Shown: positions 1-9,984 of the stretch, piece after piece | Layout: every line of letters starts with the position of its first letter | How positions within the stretch are numbered: the stretch's first letter is position 1 | Source: Gemmatimonadota bacterium | GTDB taxonomy: Bacteria > Gemmatimonadota > Gemmatimonadetes > Gemmatimonadales > Gemmatimonadaceae | Assembly (NCBI GenBank): GCA_023249395.1 | Contig: JAHFCS010000001.1 | Span: forward strand, 1 to 62,970 | DNA length: 62,970 nt | Direction of reading: 5' to 3' | Position numbers and translations under genes: made by a program | Notes under the pieces: model-generated | Database searches by the model: none | What the model was told of the DNA's origin: nothing | What the model saw: only the letters and a program-made list of their open reading frames with translations

Positions 1-260
1 TCCCAGGGAATTCGCTTCGCCCGTCTCTCAAGCTCGTGAAAGCTGCTGGCGTGAAATTCAGCCACTCGCACCACCACTCTGCTCGCTGCACGAAGATGGA
101 GGTTTGCTTCGTAAAGCCGGGTCAGATCGCCGGTGAAAATCACGCCGCCTTCGATCTGCTTCGCGCCCGTAATACCCAGCTGCTGGATCTCCTCCGCGAC
201 AATCCGCTCCAGCCCTGGAGCCGAGCTTGCGAAAATATCGAGCGGTGCGCGCTTGCGCAT
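1..260 (-). CDS. THUMP-domain class I SAM-dependent RNA methyltransferase (RlmL/UPF0020-like), N-terminal part, runs off the left edge
   Basis: Not in the ORF track. Manual translation from ATG at 260 gives MRKRAPLDIFASSAPGLERIVAEEIQQLG...GGVIFTGDLTRLYEANLHLRAASRVVVRVAEF...IPW, a typical RlmL N-terminus. Confidence 0.8.
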   Translation of the reverse strand, partial: MRKRAPLDIFASSAPGLERIVAEEIQQLGITGAKQIEGGVIFTGDLTRLYEANLHLRAASRVVVRVAEFHASSFHELERRAKRIPW

Positions 261-397
261 TTGGCTCAGTGCGTCGTCCTCATTGAATCGAAGGGGTCAT
301 TTTCATTCCGCCCGTTTTGTGATTGGACGCTCGCGCTGAATATAGAGAACACCGGGCGATGTCACGGGGGAATGCTTCCTGCCATTGAAATCCTGAC

Positions 398-1870
398 ATG
401 GGGAAAAAGAATTCAAGAGAAGCCGCGCGCGCTATGCTTGCGGAGCGGTTCGGTCATGCAGAATTCAGACGGGGCCAGTGGGCACCCATTCAAGCCATCC
501 TCGAGGGCGGTGATGTGCTCGTCGTGATGCCGACGGGAAGCGGCAAGTCGGTGATCTACCAGCTCCCGGCGCTTCTCCTTCCTGGACTGACCATCGTCGT
601 CAGTCCACTTATCGCTCTGATGAAGGACCAGAAGGACAAGCTCACAGCGCAGGGCGTGGATGCAGTTGCAATGCATTCACACCTTTCAACTCTCGAGACC
701 CGGGAAGCGCACCGGCAAATTCAGGACGGCGAGGGAGAGCTGCTCTACCTTACGCCGGAAAGATTCAAGGACCGCGCTTTTTTCGAGCACCTCCTCAGCC
801 GCAAGGTCAGCCTGTTCGTGATCGACGAAGCCCACTGCGTCAGCCAGTGGGGACACGATTTCCGCCCCGACTATCTGTCGCTCGGCTCGATCGCGAAGCG
901 CCTCGGCCGGCCGTCAATTCTTGCGTTGACGGCGACGGCGACACAGGAAGTTCAGGACGATATCGTTCATCAGCTCGGAATGCGGAATCCGCACATTACG
1001 ATCACCGGATTTGCGCGTCCGAATCTTCGCTTCGAGGTGAAACGGACCGTCAACGACAGCATCAAGGATTCAGTCGTCGAGCAGATCCTGCGGGAGAGCC
1101 AGGGCTCCGGGGTGCTCTACGTCGCGACAGTCAAGGAAGCTGAGCGGCTATACAAAATGTTGTCCGAGCGGCATAACATCGGTCTCTACCACGGGAAACG
1201 ACCGGCCGCGGAGAGGAAGGCCGTTCAGGAAGCCTTCATGGAAGGGGAGATCAAGGCAATCATTGCCACCAACGCCTTCGGTCTCGGAATCGACAAGCAG
1301 GCCATCCGCTTCGTCATCCACTATCACTTCCCCGGATCGATCGAGTCCTATTATCAGGAGGCTGGCCGCGCCGGCCGGGACGGTCTTCCGGCGACGTGCA
1401 CAATGCTCTACCGCGTCGAGGACCGCCGGATTCAGACATACTTTCTCGGTGGACGCTACCCCGAGGTGGAGGAAGCCGCTCGAGTCGCCCTTGCCCTCGA
1501 GAAGTATCCGCTCGATCAACCCGTTGCACTGAGCGACATCTCGGAAATTACGGAGGTTCCACAGCGCAAAGCGAAGATCGTCTTCGCCCTTCTCAAGCGA
1601 CATGGCCTGGTCCGCGAACATCGCGGTGGTCGCTGGCAGCGGCTCCAGGGAAATCTCACTTCGGTGGACCTGAGCCGTGACCTCCTCGATTACGAGGAGC
1701 GACGTGCGGCCGATCAGAAGAAGCTCGGCACCATGATCCAGTTCTGCCAGACGGCCGACTGTCGCACCAAGTTCATCCTCGAGCACTTCGGCGAGGAGGT
1801 TGCTCCCGACTGGACCTGCCGGAACTGCGACGCTTGTGACGCTCGGATGGAGTGGGTGAAGCTCGCTTAG
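398..1870 (+). CDS. recQ: RecQ family ATP-dependent DNA helicase (short, no HRDC)
   Basis: MPTGSGKS, DEAHCVSQWGHDFRP, TATA, QEAGRAGRDG and C-terminal Zn-binding CR..CxNCDxC. Start may be ATG 434. Confidence 0.93.
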   Translation: MGKKNSREAARAMLAERFGHAEFRRGQWAPIQAILEGGDVLVVMPTGSGKSVIYQLPALLLPGLTIVVSPLIALMKDQKDKLTAQGVDAVAMHSHLSTLETREAHRQIQDGEGELLYLTPERFKDRAFFEHLLSRKVSLFVIDEAHCVSQWGHDFRPDYLSLGSIAKRLGRPSILALTATATQEVQDDIVHQLGMRNPHITITGFARPNLRFEVKRTVNDSIKDSVVEQILRESQGSGVLYVATVKEAERLYKMLSERHNIGLYHGKRPAAERKAVQEAFMEGEIKAIIATNAFGLGIDKQAIRFVIHYHFPGSIESYYQEAGRAGRDGLPATCTMLYRVEDRRIQTYFLGGRYPEVEEAARVALALEKYPLDQPVALSDISEITEVPQRKAKIVFALLKRHGLVREHRGGRWQRLQGNLTSVDLSRDLLDYEERRAADQKKLGTMIQFCQTADCRTKFILEHFGEEVAPDWTCRNCDACDARMEWVKLA

Positions 1871-1891
1871 CTCACGCCTGACCCTCGCTCG

Positions 1892-2320
1892 TCAGGTGAG
1901 CCGCGCATCGAGCTGAAGCTGCAAATTCCCCGCAAATGCCTTCGAGACCGGACATCCTGTCAAAGTGGCCTGCGCGATTTCTTGGAATTTTGCGTCATCG
2001 ATATTCGAAACCGATGCGCGGACATTAAGCTTCATCGTCGTGATCTGGAATCCGTCGCCCACCTTGGCGACAGTGCAGGCGGCCGTCGTCTCGATTCGCG
2101 CCGGCGGCGTTCCATTTTTCTCCAACCCCCCGCTCAGGGCCATGCTGTAGCACGCGGCCTCGGCTGCTGCGAGGAGCTCCTCTGGATTCGATCCGCGTCC
2201 TTCCCCGAAGCGCGAGTCGAAGTTGTACGCCCCATGAACAGTTCCACCTTCGGCGTCGTAACTTCCCTTTCCGTCCTTGAGTCCACCTACCCATGCTGCG
2301 CTGGCCTTTCTTGTCGGCAT
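1892..2320 (-). CDS. osmC: OsmC family peroxiredoxin
   Basis: NPEELLAAAEAACYSMAL and CPVS motifs. GGAG RBS upstream. Confidence 0.92.
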   Translation of the reverse strand: MPTRKASAAWVGGLKDGKGSYDAEGGTVHGAYNFDSRFGEGRGSNPEELLAAAEAACYSMALSGGLEKNGTPPARIETTAACTVAKVGDGFQITTMKLNVRASVSNIDDAKFQEIAQATLTGCPVSKAFAGNLQLQLDARLT

Positions 2321-2359
2321 ACCGAGTCTCCCTGGTGGATTGCGGGCGAAAACCGGTTC

Positions 2360-3487
2360 CTAGGTGACGGTCTTCGAGAATCGCTTTACACTCACGACGA
2401 TCAACGCCGTCGCGAAGCCGATGAGAATGAGAGTTTCATGCCAGAGAGCGTTGATCCCGACGCCCTTGAGCAGTATTCCCCTCAGAATCTTCAGGTAATA
2501 GGTCAGCGGGAGCGCATAGGAGATCCACTGCGCCACACGCGGCATCGCATCCAGCGGAAACATGAACCCCGAAAGCAAAATATTGGGCAACAGAAAGAAG
2601 ACGCTCAGTTGCATCGCCTGGAGCTGCGTTTCCACGAGCGTCGAGACGAGAAGTCCCGCCCCGAGGTTCGCCACGATGAAACCCAACGACAGCACGTAAA
2701 GGAGCAGCACGCTTCCGCGAATGGGAACGTTGAAGAGCACGCGGCCGAGAATGAGGATGGATGTCATCTGGATGTAACCCACCGCGACGAACGGGAGCAG
2801 CTTGCCGAGCATGATGTCCGTCTTGCTGACGGGAGTCACGACGAGTTGCTCGAAGGTGCCACGCTCTCGCTCACGGGCGATTGCGATGCTCGTCACCAGG
2901 AGGAGCGTAATGCTGAGAAGCACGCCAATTAACCCCGGAACGATGTAGACAGAGCTCCGGAGCGCCGGGTTATACCAGGGCCGCACTCGCACTTCGACTG
3001 GTGGAGAGCGCGTGGAGCGGGGATCCAGGATCGCGTTTACGCGGACGGACGCTGCCAGGGCCGCGCCGCTGATCGCTGCCGACGACGCGAGAGGATCCGC
3101 GGCCTCCACTATGACCTGCGCGTAGGCTGTTCGATGCCTCTTGAGATCACGCTGGAAATCCGGTGGAATGACGATTGCCGCACGGGCGCGCCCCGACTCG
3201 ATCCAGTCACGCACTTCGTCGCGCGAGTGCGCCTGTCCCGCGATCCGGAAGTTCTGCGTCTGCTCCATCACGGAGATGAGGCTTCTGCTGTCCGAGCTCC
3301 TTGATTCGTCGAGCACGACGGTCGGCAGGTTCCGAACTTCGGTGCGTATTGCATAGCCGAAGAGAGTGAGCTGGATGACGGGGATACCGATGAGCAACGC
3401 GAAGGTCAGGCGGTCTCGCCGCATCTGGATGAATTCCTTGCGGAGCATCGGCCAGAGGAGGCTCCGGCGCCAGCTCGAGGGGGTCAT
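2360..3487 (-). CDS. ABC-2 type transporter permease (YbhR/S-like)
   Basis: KEFIQMRRDRLT, ERERGTFEQLVVTP, LSGFMFP. ATG at 3487 overlaps the upstream stop (ATGA). Confidence 0.9.
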   Translation of the reverse strand: MTPSSWRRSLLWPMLRKEFIQMRRDRLTFALLIGIPVIQLTLFGYAIRTEVRNLPTVVLDESRSSDSRSLISVMEQTQNFRIAGQAHSRDEVRDWIESGRARAAIVIPPDFQRDLKRHRTAYAQVIVEAADPLASSAAISGAALAASVRVNAILDPRSTRSPPVEVRVRPWYNPALRSSVYIVPGLIGVLLSITLLLVTSIAIARERERGTFEQLVVTPVSKTDIMLGKLLPFVAVGYIQMTSILILGRVLFNVPIRGSVLLLYVLSLGFIVANLGAGLLVSTLVETQLQAMQLSVFFLLPNILLSGFMFPLDAMPRVAQWISYALPLTYYLKILRGILLKGVGINALWHETLILIGFATALIVVSVKRFSKTVT

Positions 3488-4272
3488 GCAGTGACACCTT
3501 CGTCGCGGCGCTGGAGCTCGATGAACACTTCTTCGATCGTCGGCTGGCCGAACTGTTTCGTCACCTCTTCGCTCGTTCCGATCGCGATGAGATGTCCGCG
3601 CGAAAGAAACGCGATTCGCTGGCATCGCGCTGCCTCGTCCATGTAATGAGTCGTCACCAGGATCGTCGTGCCGCCACTGGCCAGCTCGTAAACCATGTCC
3701 CAGAAGCGGCGACGCGCTGCGGGGTCTACTCCGGCAGTAGGCTCGTCGAGAAACAGAATCGCCGGGTGATGCGCGATTGCGCAGGCGAGCGAAATCCGCT
3801 GCTTCCAGCCGCCACTGAGCGTTCCCACCAGTTGTCCACTCCACGGCCGCAATCCCTGCGTGTCCAGCAGCTCATCCATCCGCTTGCGCTTCTTGTCACC
3901 TCCGAGCCCATACAGCGACGAGTAGAAATCGAGGTTCTCGAAGACCGTCATGTCATCGTACATGCCGAATCGCTGTGACATGTAACCGATGTTCCGGCGA
4001 ATTTCCTCACCCTGTGTCTTCACGTCGAATCCGGCGACCGTGGCGGCACCCGACGTCGGTTTGAGGAGGCCGCAAAGCATTCTGATCGTCGTTGTTTTCC
4101 CGGACCCGTTCGGTCCCAGCATTCCGAAGACTTCTCCGCGCCCGATGTCGAAAGTCAGCCCATCGACTGCCGTGATGGAACCGAAGACCTTTGTGAGCTT
4201 TTCGGTGTGAACCGCTGCGGAGGCCGACTCCGGTTGCTCCAGAGGCCTGTCGCTCACCGTTCCGGCGGTCAC
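3484..4272 (-). CDS. ABC transporter ATP-binding protein
   Basis: Walker A GPNGSGKTT, signature LSGGWKQR, Walker B LFLDEPT, H-loop TTHY. Confidence 0.95.
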   Translation of the reverse strand: MTAGTVSDRPLEQPESASAAVHTEKLTKVFGSITAVDGLTFDIGRGEVFGMLGPNGSGKTTTIRMLCGLLKPTSGAATVAGFDVKTQGEEIRRNIGYMSQRFGMYDDMTVFENLDFYSSLYGLGGDKKRKRMDELLDTQGLRPWSGQLVGTLSGGWKQRISLACAIAHHPAILFLDEPTAGVDPAARRRFWDMVYELASGGTTILVTTHYMDEAARCQRIAFLSRGHLIAIGTSEEVTKQFGQPTIEEVFIELQRRDEGVTA

Positions 4273-5234
4273 TTGCGCGACGCTTTCTTTGGAATGGTCA
4301 CCGTAACGGGGAGACCCGGCTTCAGCGCGCCTGTTGAATCCGCGAACTCGATCTTCACTCCAAAGGTGAGATCCGCGCGCTCATCCTCGGTGAGAGCAAC
4401 ACGTGGCGTGAACTCCGCTTTGGAATTCACAGCCACGACGCGACCGATGAAGCTCCGGTCAGGAAGACCATCGAGGACAGCACGCGCGACACTGCCCAGC
4501 TCGATGTTGGGGATCTCCTTGGCATTCACGTATACCCTTACCCAGGGGCGGCGAACCTCGCCAAGCGTGACAGCCGACTGGCCCGCGATCACGATCTCAC
4601 CCGGCTGTGCGTTCCGGCTCAACACAACTCCAGCGACTGGCGCGGTGAGCGTTAGATCACCGACAATAGCCTTCACGGCGGAGAGACTCGCCTGCGCGCC
4701 GGCAACCTGCGCTCTCGCCGCGGCGATGCGCTCCGGCCGGTTGCCCTGCTGCAGCAAGACAAGGGATTGTCGCGCTGCGTCGCGGCGTGCCACCGCCTGT
4801 TTGGCCGCTGCCTCCGCGGCATCGCGCTGCTGCAACGGAATTGTGCCTGTCTGCGCAAGCCGCCTCGCCCGCTCCGCATCGACTGCCGTGCGTGTGACTT
4901 CCGATTCGGCAGCCCGCAGCTCTGCGGCCGCCCGGTTGATCTCCGCCGCACGTGCCCCGTTCTCCGCCTCACTCAATCCGGCACGCGATACATCGACCTG
5001 CGCCTGACGTTCCGCGATCTCGGGCTGCGAGCCCGGCTGGGCCAGAACTGCGAGAACATCCCCGGCCCGTACGCTGTCTCCATCGTCAACCAGCATTCGA
5101 ACCACGCGACCGGTCACAATGGGCGCGACATCGATCTCCACGACTTCGAGCGTGCCCGTGGCAGTGACCGAATTGCCGTCTCCACGACTGCAGCCGGAAA
5201 GAAGAAGGAAGGTCAGCCAGAAGACGCGATTCAT
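4269..5234 (-). CDS. HlyD family efflux periplasmic adaptor (lipoprotein, YbhG-like)
   Basis: Lipobox LSGC, coiled-coil hairpin, AEFTP motif. Translationally coupled to the ABC ATPase. Confidence 0.9.
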   Translation of the reverse strand: MNRVFWLTFLLLSGCSRGDGNSVTATGTLEVVEIDVAPIVTGRVVRMLVDDGDSVRAGDVLAVLAQPGSQPEIAERQAQVDVSRAGLSEAENGARAAEINRAAAELRAAESEVTRTAVDAERARRLAQTGTIPLQQRDAAEAAAKQAVARRDAARQSLVLLQQGNRPERIAAARAQVAGAQASLSAVKAIVGDLTLTAPVAGVVLSRNAQPGEIVIAGQSAVTLGEVRRPWVRVYVNAKEIPNIELGSVARAVLDGLPDRSFIGRVVAVNSKAEFTPRVALTEDERADLTFGVKIEFADSTGALKPGLPVTVTIPKKASRK

Positions 5235-5263
5235 GAGTTACCTTTCACGGGGTGCAGGAAGCA

Positions 5264-5710
5264 ATGGCGTCACCCATACCTCCGTCGATTGACCGTGTTC
5301 TTCGCCTTTTCCGCTCCATGGGGCGCGAGGAGAAGATGCAGGCGCTGGTGCAATATTCCAAGAAGCTCGAGCCATTCCCCGAACGATTCAACAACCTCGA
5401 CCGCACGAAGTTCAATATCCCGGAGTGCCAGACGCGCGTTGACATCGTCCCCGAGCTGAAGGACGGAAAGATGCACTTCTACGCTGACCTGAATCTTCGG
5501 CAGTCCCCGACGATTGCCGCTGTGCTGGCGATCGTGTTCGCGGCAGTCAACGATCAGCCGCCCGAGACAACGCTTGCGATACCGCCGGATTTCATTCGCA
5601 CGCTGATGGAAAGCATCGGGCTGGGAGCTCGCGAGCCAGGCCTCAACGCAATAATATCCCGCCTCAAGCGCTACGCACTGGAAGCCCAGATGACTCAAAG
5701 GGGGAGCTGA
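5264..5710 (+). CDS. sufE: SufE family Fe-S/sulfur-acceptor protein
   Basis: IPECQTRV conserved Cys and SufE-like size and pattern. Start ATG 5264 (ORF track gives 5252). Confidence 0.75.
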   Translation: MASPIPPSIDRVLRLFRSMGREEKMQALVQYSKKLEPFPERFNNLDRTKFNIPECQTRVDIVPELKDGKMHFYADLNLRQSPTIAAVLAIVFAAVNDQPPETTLAIPPDFIRTLMESIGLGAREPGLNAIISRLKRYALEAQMTQRGS

Positions 5711-6147
5711 TGCCCGAATCGCCTCAGACATACAAGTCGCACCGTCGTCTCATTCCCATATATCACTACTTCGTAACGCCGGTTCTCGTTCTGAATGTCT
5801 TCGTCGAGCTGCTTCGGCTCAACAAGTACAGAACGCCATACCATGTCTGGCTTGTCGTCTTCGCGATTGCGCTCGTGATCCTGCCCTTTACCGTGCGATC
5901 CATGGTCACCCGGGTTCAGGATCGGGTAATCCGCCTCGAGGAGAGGGCGCGACTCGGCGCGTTGTTGCCTCCGGACATGCGCGGTCGTGTGAATGAGCTC
6001 ACCACGAGTCAGCTGGTCGGCCTGCGATTCGCATCCGACGAGGAGGTAACGGATCTTGCGCGTCGCTGCCTTGCCGGCGAGCTGACGAGAGGCGACCAGG
6101 TCAAGAGGGAAGTGAAGACGTGGCGCCCTGATTATCTGCGTGCCTAG
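5710..6147 (+). CDS. Conserved membrane protein (DUF6526-like)
   Basis: QTYKSHRR..YHYF, two TM helices, QDRVIRLEE...LRFASDEE...W.PDY.R. Confidence 0.7.
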   Translation: MPESPQTYKSHRRLIPIYHYFVTPVLVLNVFVELLRLNKYRTPYHVWLVVFAIALVILPFTVRSMVTRVQDRVIRLEERARLGALLPPDMRGRVNELTTSQLVGLRFASDEEVTDLARRCLAGELTRGDQVKREVKTWRPDYLRA

Positions 6148-6566
6148 TCTCCCATCGCCTTGATGATGACTCGCTTCGCGCGCTGCCCATCCCATTCGCC
6201 GTAGAACACACGCTGCCAGGGACCAAAGTCGAGGCGTCCCTTCGTCACCGGTACCATCACTTCGTGCCCGATCGTAAGTGACCTGAGATGGGCCGCGGCA
6301 TTGTCCTCTCCGGTGCCGCTGTTGTGCCGGTAATCGTCGGGTGACCAGGGAGCGACTCTCGTCTCGAGCCAATCGAGAATGTCCTTCCACAGGCCCGGCT
6401 CGTGATCGTTCACGAAGACGGAGGCAGAGATATGCATCGCCGACACCAGGACGAAGCCTTCGGTGATTCCCGCGGCTGCGCGACAGGACTCCACATCGTC
6501 GGTGATGTCGATGATCTCCTGCCGCTTCTTCGTCGTGAAGGTAAGGTAGGAGGTGTGCGTCTTCAC
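6144..6566 (-). CDS. yjbQ: YjbQ/UPF0047 family protein (secondary thiamine-phosphate synthase)
   Basis: HISASVFVND, DNAAAHLRS, LDFGPWQRVFYGEWDG. GTG start 6566 immediately after the upstream stop. Confidence 0.88.
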   Translation of the reverse strand: MKTHTSYLTFTTKKRQEIIDITDDVESCRAAAGITEGFVLVSAMHISASVFVNDHEPGLWKDILDWLETRVAPWSPDDYRHNSGTGEDNAAAHLRSLTIGHEVMVPVTKGRLDFGPWQRVFYGEWDGQRAKRVIIKAMGD

Positions 6567-6567
6567 A

Positions 6568-7071
6568 TCAGCCGGCTCGCGTTGCGAGAAGGGATCCGTG
6601 CCACGAGTCGGCCGCCCGCGATGTGAATCGCGATCGCCATTCACCAAGCGTCGTGACCGATGGATCGAACACCTCGGTGTCGCCATCGACATCGCCCGCC
6701 GCCGCAAGCTTAGTGAACTCGTCACGTGAAACCGAACGGATTCCTCCATCCTTTCCACGGAAGAAGATGAGTCCGCTGGTAATGATCGCAGCATGGATCT
6801 CTTTCTCGAATGACTTGAGCGTTCGGAAAAGTCCGTCGATCGAGCAGCCCGAAGCTCCCGCACGCTCCTGATCCACGGCAATCGTCAGGAAATGATCATC
6901 CCGCCAGTCGCGGGCTGCGCTCAACGGTACTTCATGTGCCTTCCAGTCGCGAAGGTAGTTGTCGACTTCGTCGAGGAGTTTCGACTTCTCGCTACCATCG
7001 AGCTCTCGGTCCACACCATAGACCCAAACGCGGGCACTATCGGGGAGCTGGTCAAACGGCGTCAGCATCAT
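6568..7071 (-). CDS. Conserved hypothetical protein with W.AH..L and ASGCSID motifs
   Basis: Coherent 167-aa ORF in an operon-like run. Function unknown. Confidence 0.75.
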   Translation of the reverse strand: MMLTPFDQLPDSARVWVYGVDRELDGSEKSKLLDEVDNYLRDWKAHEVPLSAARDWRDDHFLTIAVDQERAGASGCSIDGLFRTLKSFEKEIHAAIITSGLIFFRGKDGGIRSVSRDEFTKLAAAGDVDGDTEVFDPSVTTLGEWRSRFTSRAADSWHGSLLATRAG

Positions 7072-7117
7072 GTCTCAATCTACCAGTTACTTGAACATCA
7101 ATGGATGGTCGCTGGAT

Positions 7118-7777
7118 TCATGCCGGTTTCCGAGGCCTTGGTCCCTTGAATGTGCCCGCTGGCAGCTCCAGAACTCGCCACATGTACCATGACCCAATCG
7201 TGCGATAGGGCGCCCACTTTGCACCGATATCGAGAACCTTCTGCGGCTTGGGCAGCTTCCGCATTCGATAGGCGATCTGCATTCCCTTCTGCACGCCGAG
7301 ATCGAGATCGGGAAGGACATCAGGCCTTCCAAGGCGGAACATGAGGAACATCTGCGCACTCCACCTGCCGATCCCCTTCACCTGCGTGAGAGCGTCGATT
7401 ATCTCCTGGTCTTCGAGATCGTGCAACGACTCGATCGGGAGCGACCCGTTGAGCGTGTGCTCCGCGAGATTTCTCAGGTATCGCGCTTTCTGATTGGAAA
7501 GTCCCGCCCCGCGCAGAACTTCGTGCTCGGCCGCCGCGATCTGCGGAGGTAGCGGCGCTTCAGCATCGAACAGCGCTATGACCCGGCCGTGAATCGTGGC
7601 CGCGGCCTTCCCCGACAACTGCTGGTACACAATGGACCGAACCAGTGCATCGAAGTGAGTACCTCCGCTCCGAAGCTCGATAGTGCGCGGGCCGACCTTG
7701 TCGATGACCTCGGCGAGAACCGGATCGACACGCGTCAGATGCGGCAACGCCTTGCGAAAATTCAAAGATCCGCGCAC
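7118..7777 (-). CDS. DNA-3-methyladenine glycosylase 2 family (HhH-GPD, AlkA-like)
   Basis: LVRSIVYQQLSGKAA, HhH VKGIGRWSAQM, DVLPDLDLG, WAPYRT. GGAGG RBS. Confidence 0.9.
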   Translation of the reverse strand: MRGSLNFRKALPHLTRVDPVLAEVIDKVGPRTIELRSGGTHFDALVRSIVYQQLSGKAAATIHGRVIALFDAEAPLPPQIAAAEHEVLRGAGLSNQKARYLRNLAEHTLNGSLPIESLHDLEDQEIIDALTQVKGIGRWSAQMFLMFRLGRPDVLPDLDLGVQKGMQIAYRMRKLPKPQKVLDIGAKWAPYRTIGSWYMWRVLELPAGTFKGPRPRKPA

Positions 7778-7781
7778 CAGA

Positions 7782-8246
7782 CTACCTCCCTGTCCTGATG
7801 AATGTCATTGTGTCGAAGCTCGCTCCTACAACAAAGGCTCCCCGCATTCGATCCGGCTCAACGAGTGCCCCCTCGAATCTTCCAGCGCCAAGCAGCTCCA
7901 ACGCGATCTGTCCTACCGTGTTTCGCCCGATGAGATGCCCGGAGGCCTCACAGGGAGTGCTCGGCAGGCATCCTCCGGCGCCCCCGTCCCCCTTTGCTGA
8001 CCATCCGCCCGAAACAATGCCTTCCGGCTCCTGGATGAGTGTCATCTTGAAATCCGATAGCGCAAAGAGATGTGCACTGGACGCCCAGACCCCGGCCAGA
8101 CTCGTCGCGGCAGGGGACGTCGGTTCGGCCGCACACGCAGACACAAGCAGTGCGACGACGACAGCGGCCGATCGATGCCATCTACAATGGATTGACGCTA
8201 CGCGGATGCTCAACTCCTTTGCTCCTTTTGCGGCAGATGTTTCCAT
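7782..8246 (-). CDS. Hypothetical lipoprotein
   Basis: Hydrophobic stretch ending LVSAC followed by a beta-rich domain. Start uncertain. Confidence 0.55.
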   Translation of the reverse strand: METSAAKGAKELSIRVASIHCRWHRSAAVVVALLVSACAAEPTSPAATSLAGVWASSAHLFALSDFKMTLIQEPEGIVSGGWSAKGDGGAGGCLPSTPCEASGHLIGRNTVGQIALELLGAGRFEGALVEPDRMRGAFVVGASFDTMTFIRTGR

Positions 8247-8363
8247 TTCTGGAACGATCGTCGAGTGCGGGTATATTACTATCCTTCCGCGACCAACCAC
8301 GAATCACGCTTGCCCACCGACTCGGTCGGAGGGCTCATTGTGCTTACTAGTCGGAGTTCATTG

Positions 8364-9890
8364 ATGAAATCTCTTTATTCGAACGCCTTTGCGCGCATCG
8401 CAGCCATCGCGTCCATGTCCTCTATGGTATTCGGGGCACCGGCGTTCGCTCAGAATCCGTCGGCGGCCACTGCGACATGCGACATCGACAACGCCAGGCC
8501 ACAGGCTGTCGCGCGCGCAACTTTCTCGATGGCGCGAGCCCAGGCTGCGCTCAAGGCCGGCACTCCTGCGAAAGATCTGCGCGACGTCATCTCCGTTCTC
8601 AACACGCCATCTGCGAAGAATGAGAACCCGATAGGTCGAGCGTACCTTCTCGGTCAGGCTTACATGCTTCTTCTCGAGCAGCCTGGGATCACACCGATCG
8701 CCACTCGCTCGTCCATCGGTCTGACGACCGATCCAGCTGGCACGATCGACCTCTTCGCAGCCGCTGACTCGATGTGGAACGTTGTCGAAGCGAGCTCGCC
8801 GGCATGCGTCTCGGTCGGCCGACAATGGCGCCAGCAGAAGACCTGGCTCAACATCACCAATGCCGCGATCAACGCACTCAACGCCGGCAAGCTGGACTCG
8901 GCTGAATACTTTGCAAACCGCGCGCTGCTGCTGGATCGCAATGCTCCTTACGCCTATTCAGTGCTCGCCAGTGTTGCAAAGACGAGGAAGAACTACCCCG
9001 TGGCTGGGGAATACTGGAAGAAGACACTCGCCGCCGCGGGCACAGATACAGCGTTCAACGACGTCAGGGAGCATGCGCTTTACGACATGGCCGCCACGAC
9101 AACCATCCGGACCGATGCCACAACAGGTGCCGAAAAGAAGGCGCTCGCGCGCGAGGCGATCAACAACTGGAACGTGCTTCTCGGCAAATCGACCGACGAT
9201 ATTCAGAATACCTTCGCCGTGCAGAATCTTGCCAAACTGTACGTGGTCGCGGGTGACAGCCTTTCAACCGGAAAGATCTACGCCCCGATGCTCGCCGAGC
9301 CCGGCCGTTACGGCGAGAACACCCTGATGCAGGCCGGCGTCCTAGCCTCCCAGTTCAAGCACCCTGACGATGCGGCACGCCTCTTCCTAGCAGTTCTTGA
9401 GCGCAATCCCTACCAGCGCGATGCCCTCAACGATCTCGCCGCCAGCTACATCTTTCTCAACCAGTACGACAAGGTGTTTCCGCTGGTCGAGCGTTTGACC
9501 GCTGTCGATCCGAGCAATCCGGAGAACTGGATGCTGAACGCCTACAGCTATGCGGGGCTTCTCAAGAACACGAAGCCGGGCAAGCTCAACAAGCAGTACA
9601 CGGATTCTCTGGTGTTTTACAACGCCAAGGCCGAGAAGATGCCGGTGAAGGTTACCATCACCGAGTTCTCACGATCTTCAGACAGCACAATAATCGTGGG
9701 CATGATCGAGAACAGGAGTACTGCCGCCAAGACATTTCCTCTGACGGTGGACTTCCTCGATAACAAGGGCCAGGTCCTGTTTTCAGAGACTGCCTTGGTT
9801 GGCCCGGTTACGGTTCGCGGCATGAAGGAATTCAGAATCAAGAGCGCAAAGGGTGGAGTCAGCGCATTTCGCTATAAGCCGCTGACCTAG
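8364..9890 (+). CDS. Exported TPR-repeat protein with C-terminal Ig-like domain
   Basis: Signal peptide ending APAFA-Q and TPR-like helices (YFANRALLLD, LAVLERNPYQRDAL). Confidence 0.75.
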   Translation: MKSLYSNAFARIAAIASMSSMVFGAPAFAQNPSAATATCDIDNARPQAVARATFSMARAQAALKAGTPAKDLRDVISVLNTPSAKNENPIGRAYLLGQAYMLLLEQPGITPIATRSSIGLTTDPAGTIDLFAAADSMWNVVEASSPACVSVGRQWRQQKTWLNITNAAINALNAGKLDSAEYFANRALLLDRNAPYAYSVLASVAKTRKNYPVAGEYWKKTLAAAGTDTAFNDVREHALYDMAATTTIRTDATTGAEKKALAREAINNWNVLLGKSTDDIQNTFAVQNLAKLYVVAGDSLSTGKIYAPMLAEPGRYGENTLMQAGVLASQFKHPDDAARLFLAVLERNPYQRDALNDLAASYIFLNQYDKVFPLVERLTAVDPSNPENWMLNAYSYAGLLKNTKPGKLNKQYTDSLVFYNAKAEKMPVKVTITEFSRSSDSTIIVGMIENRSTAAKTFPLTVDFLDNKGQVLFSETALVGPVTVRGMKEFRIKSAKGGVSAFRYKPLT

Positions 9891-9915
9891 TTTCCCCCGA
9901 GCACGAATCGGGAAA

Positions 9916-9945
9916 GGGCGCGCCTTACACAGCGCGTCCTTTTTT
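9916..9945 (+). terminator. Intrinsic terminator
   Basis: GGGCGCGC-8nt-GCGCGTCC stem followed by T6, downstream of the TPR gene. Confidence 0.6.
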
Positions 9946-9984
9946 CTTATCCCGCATGGTACGCTCCTTGACTACTTTCCCCGC

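Noticed and set aside
1982-2932. Long alternative ORFs (also 29784..31022, 36652..37764, 40744..41775)
   Set aside because: They are mostly antisense shadows of well-supported genes, as expected in GC-rich DNA
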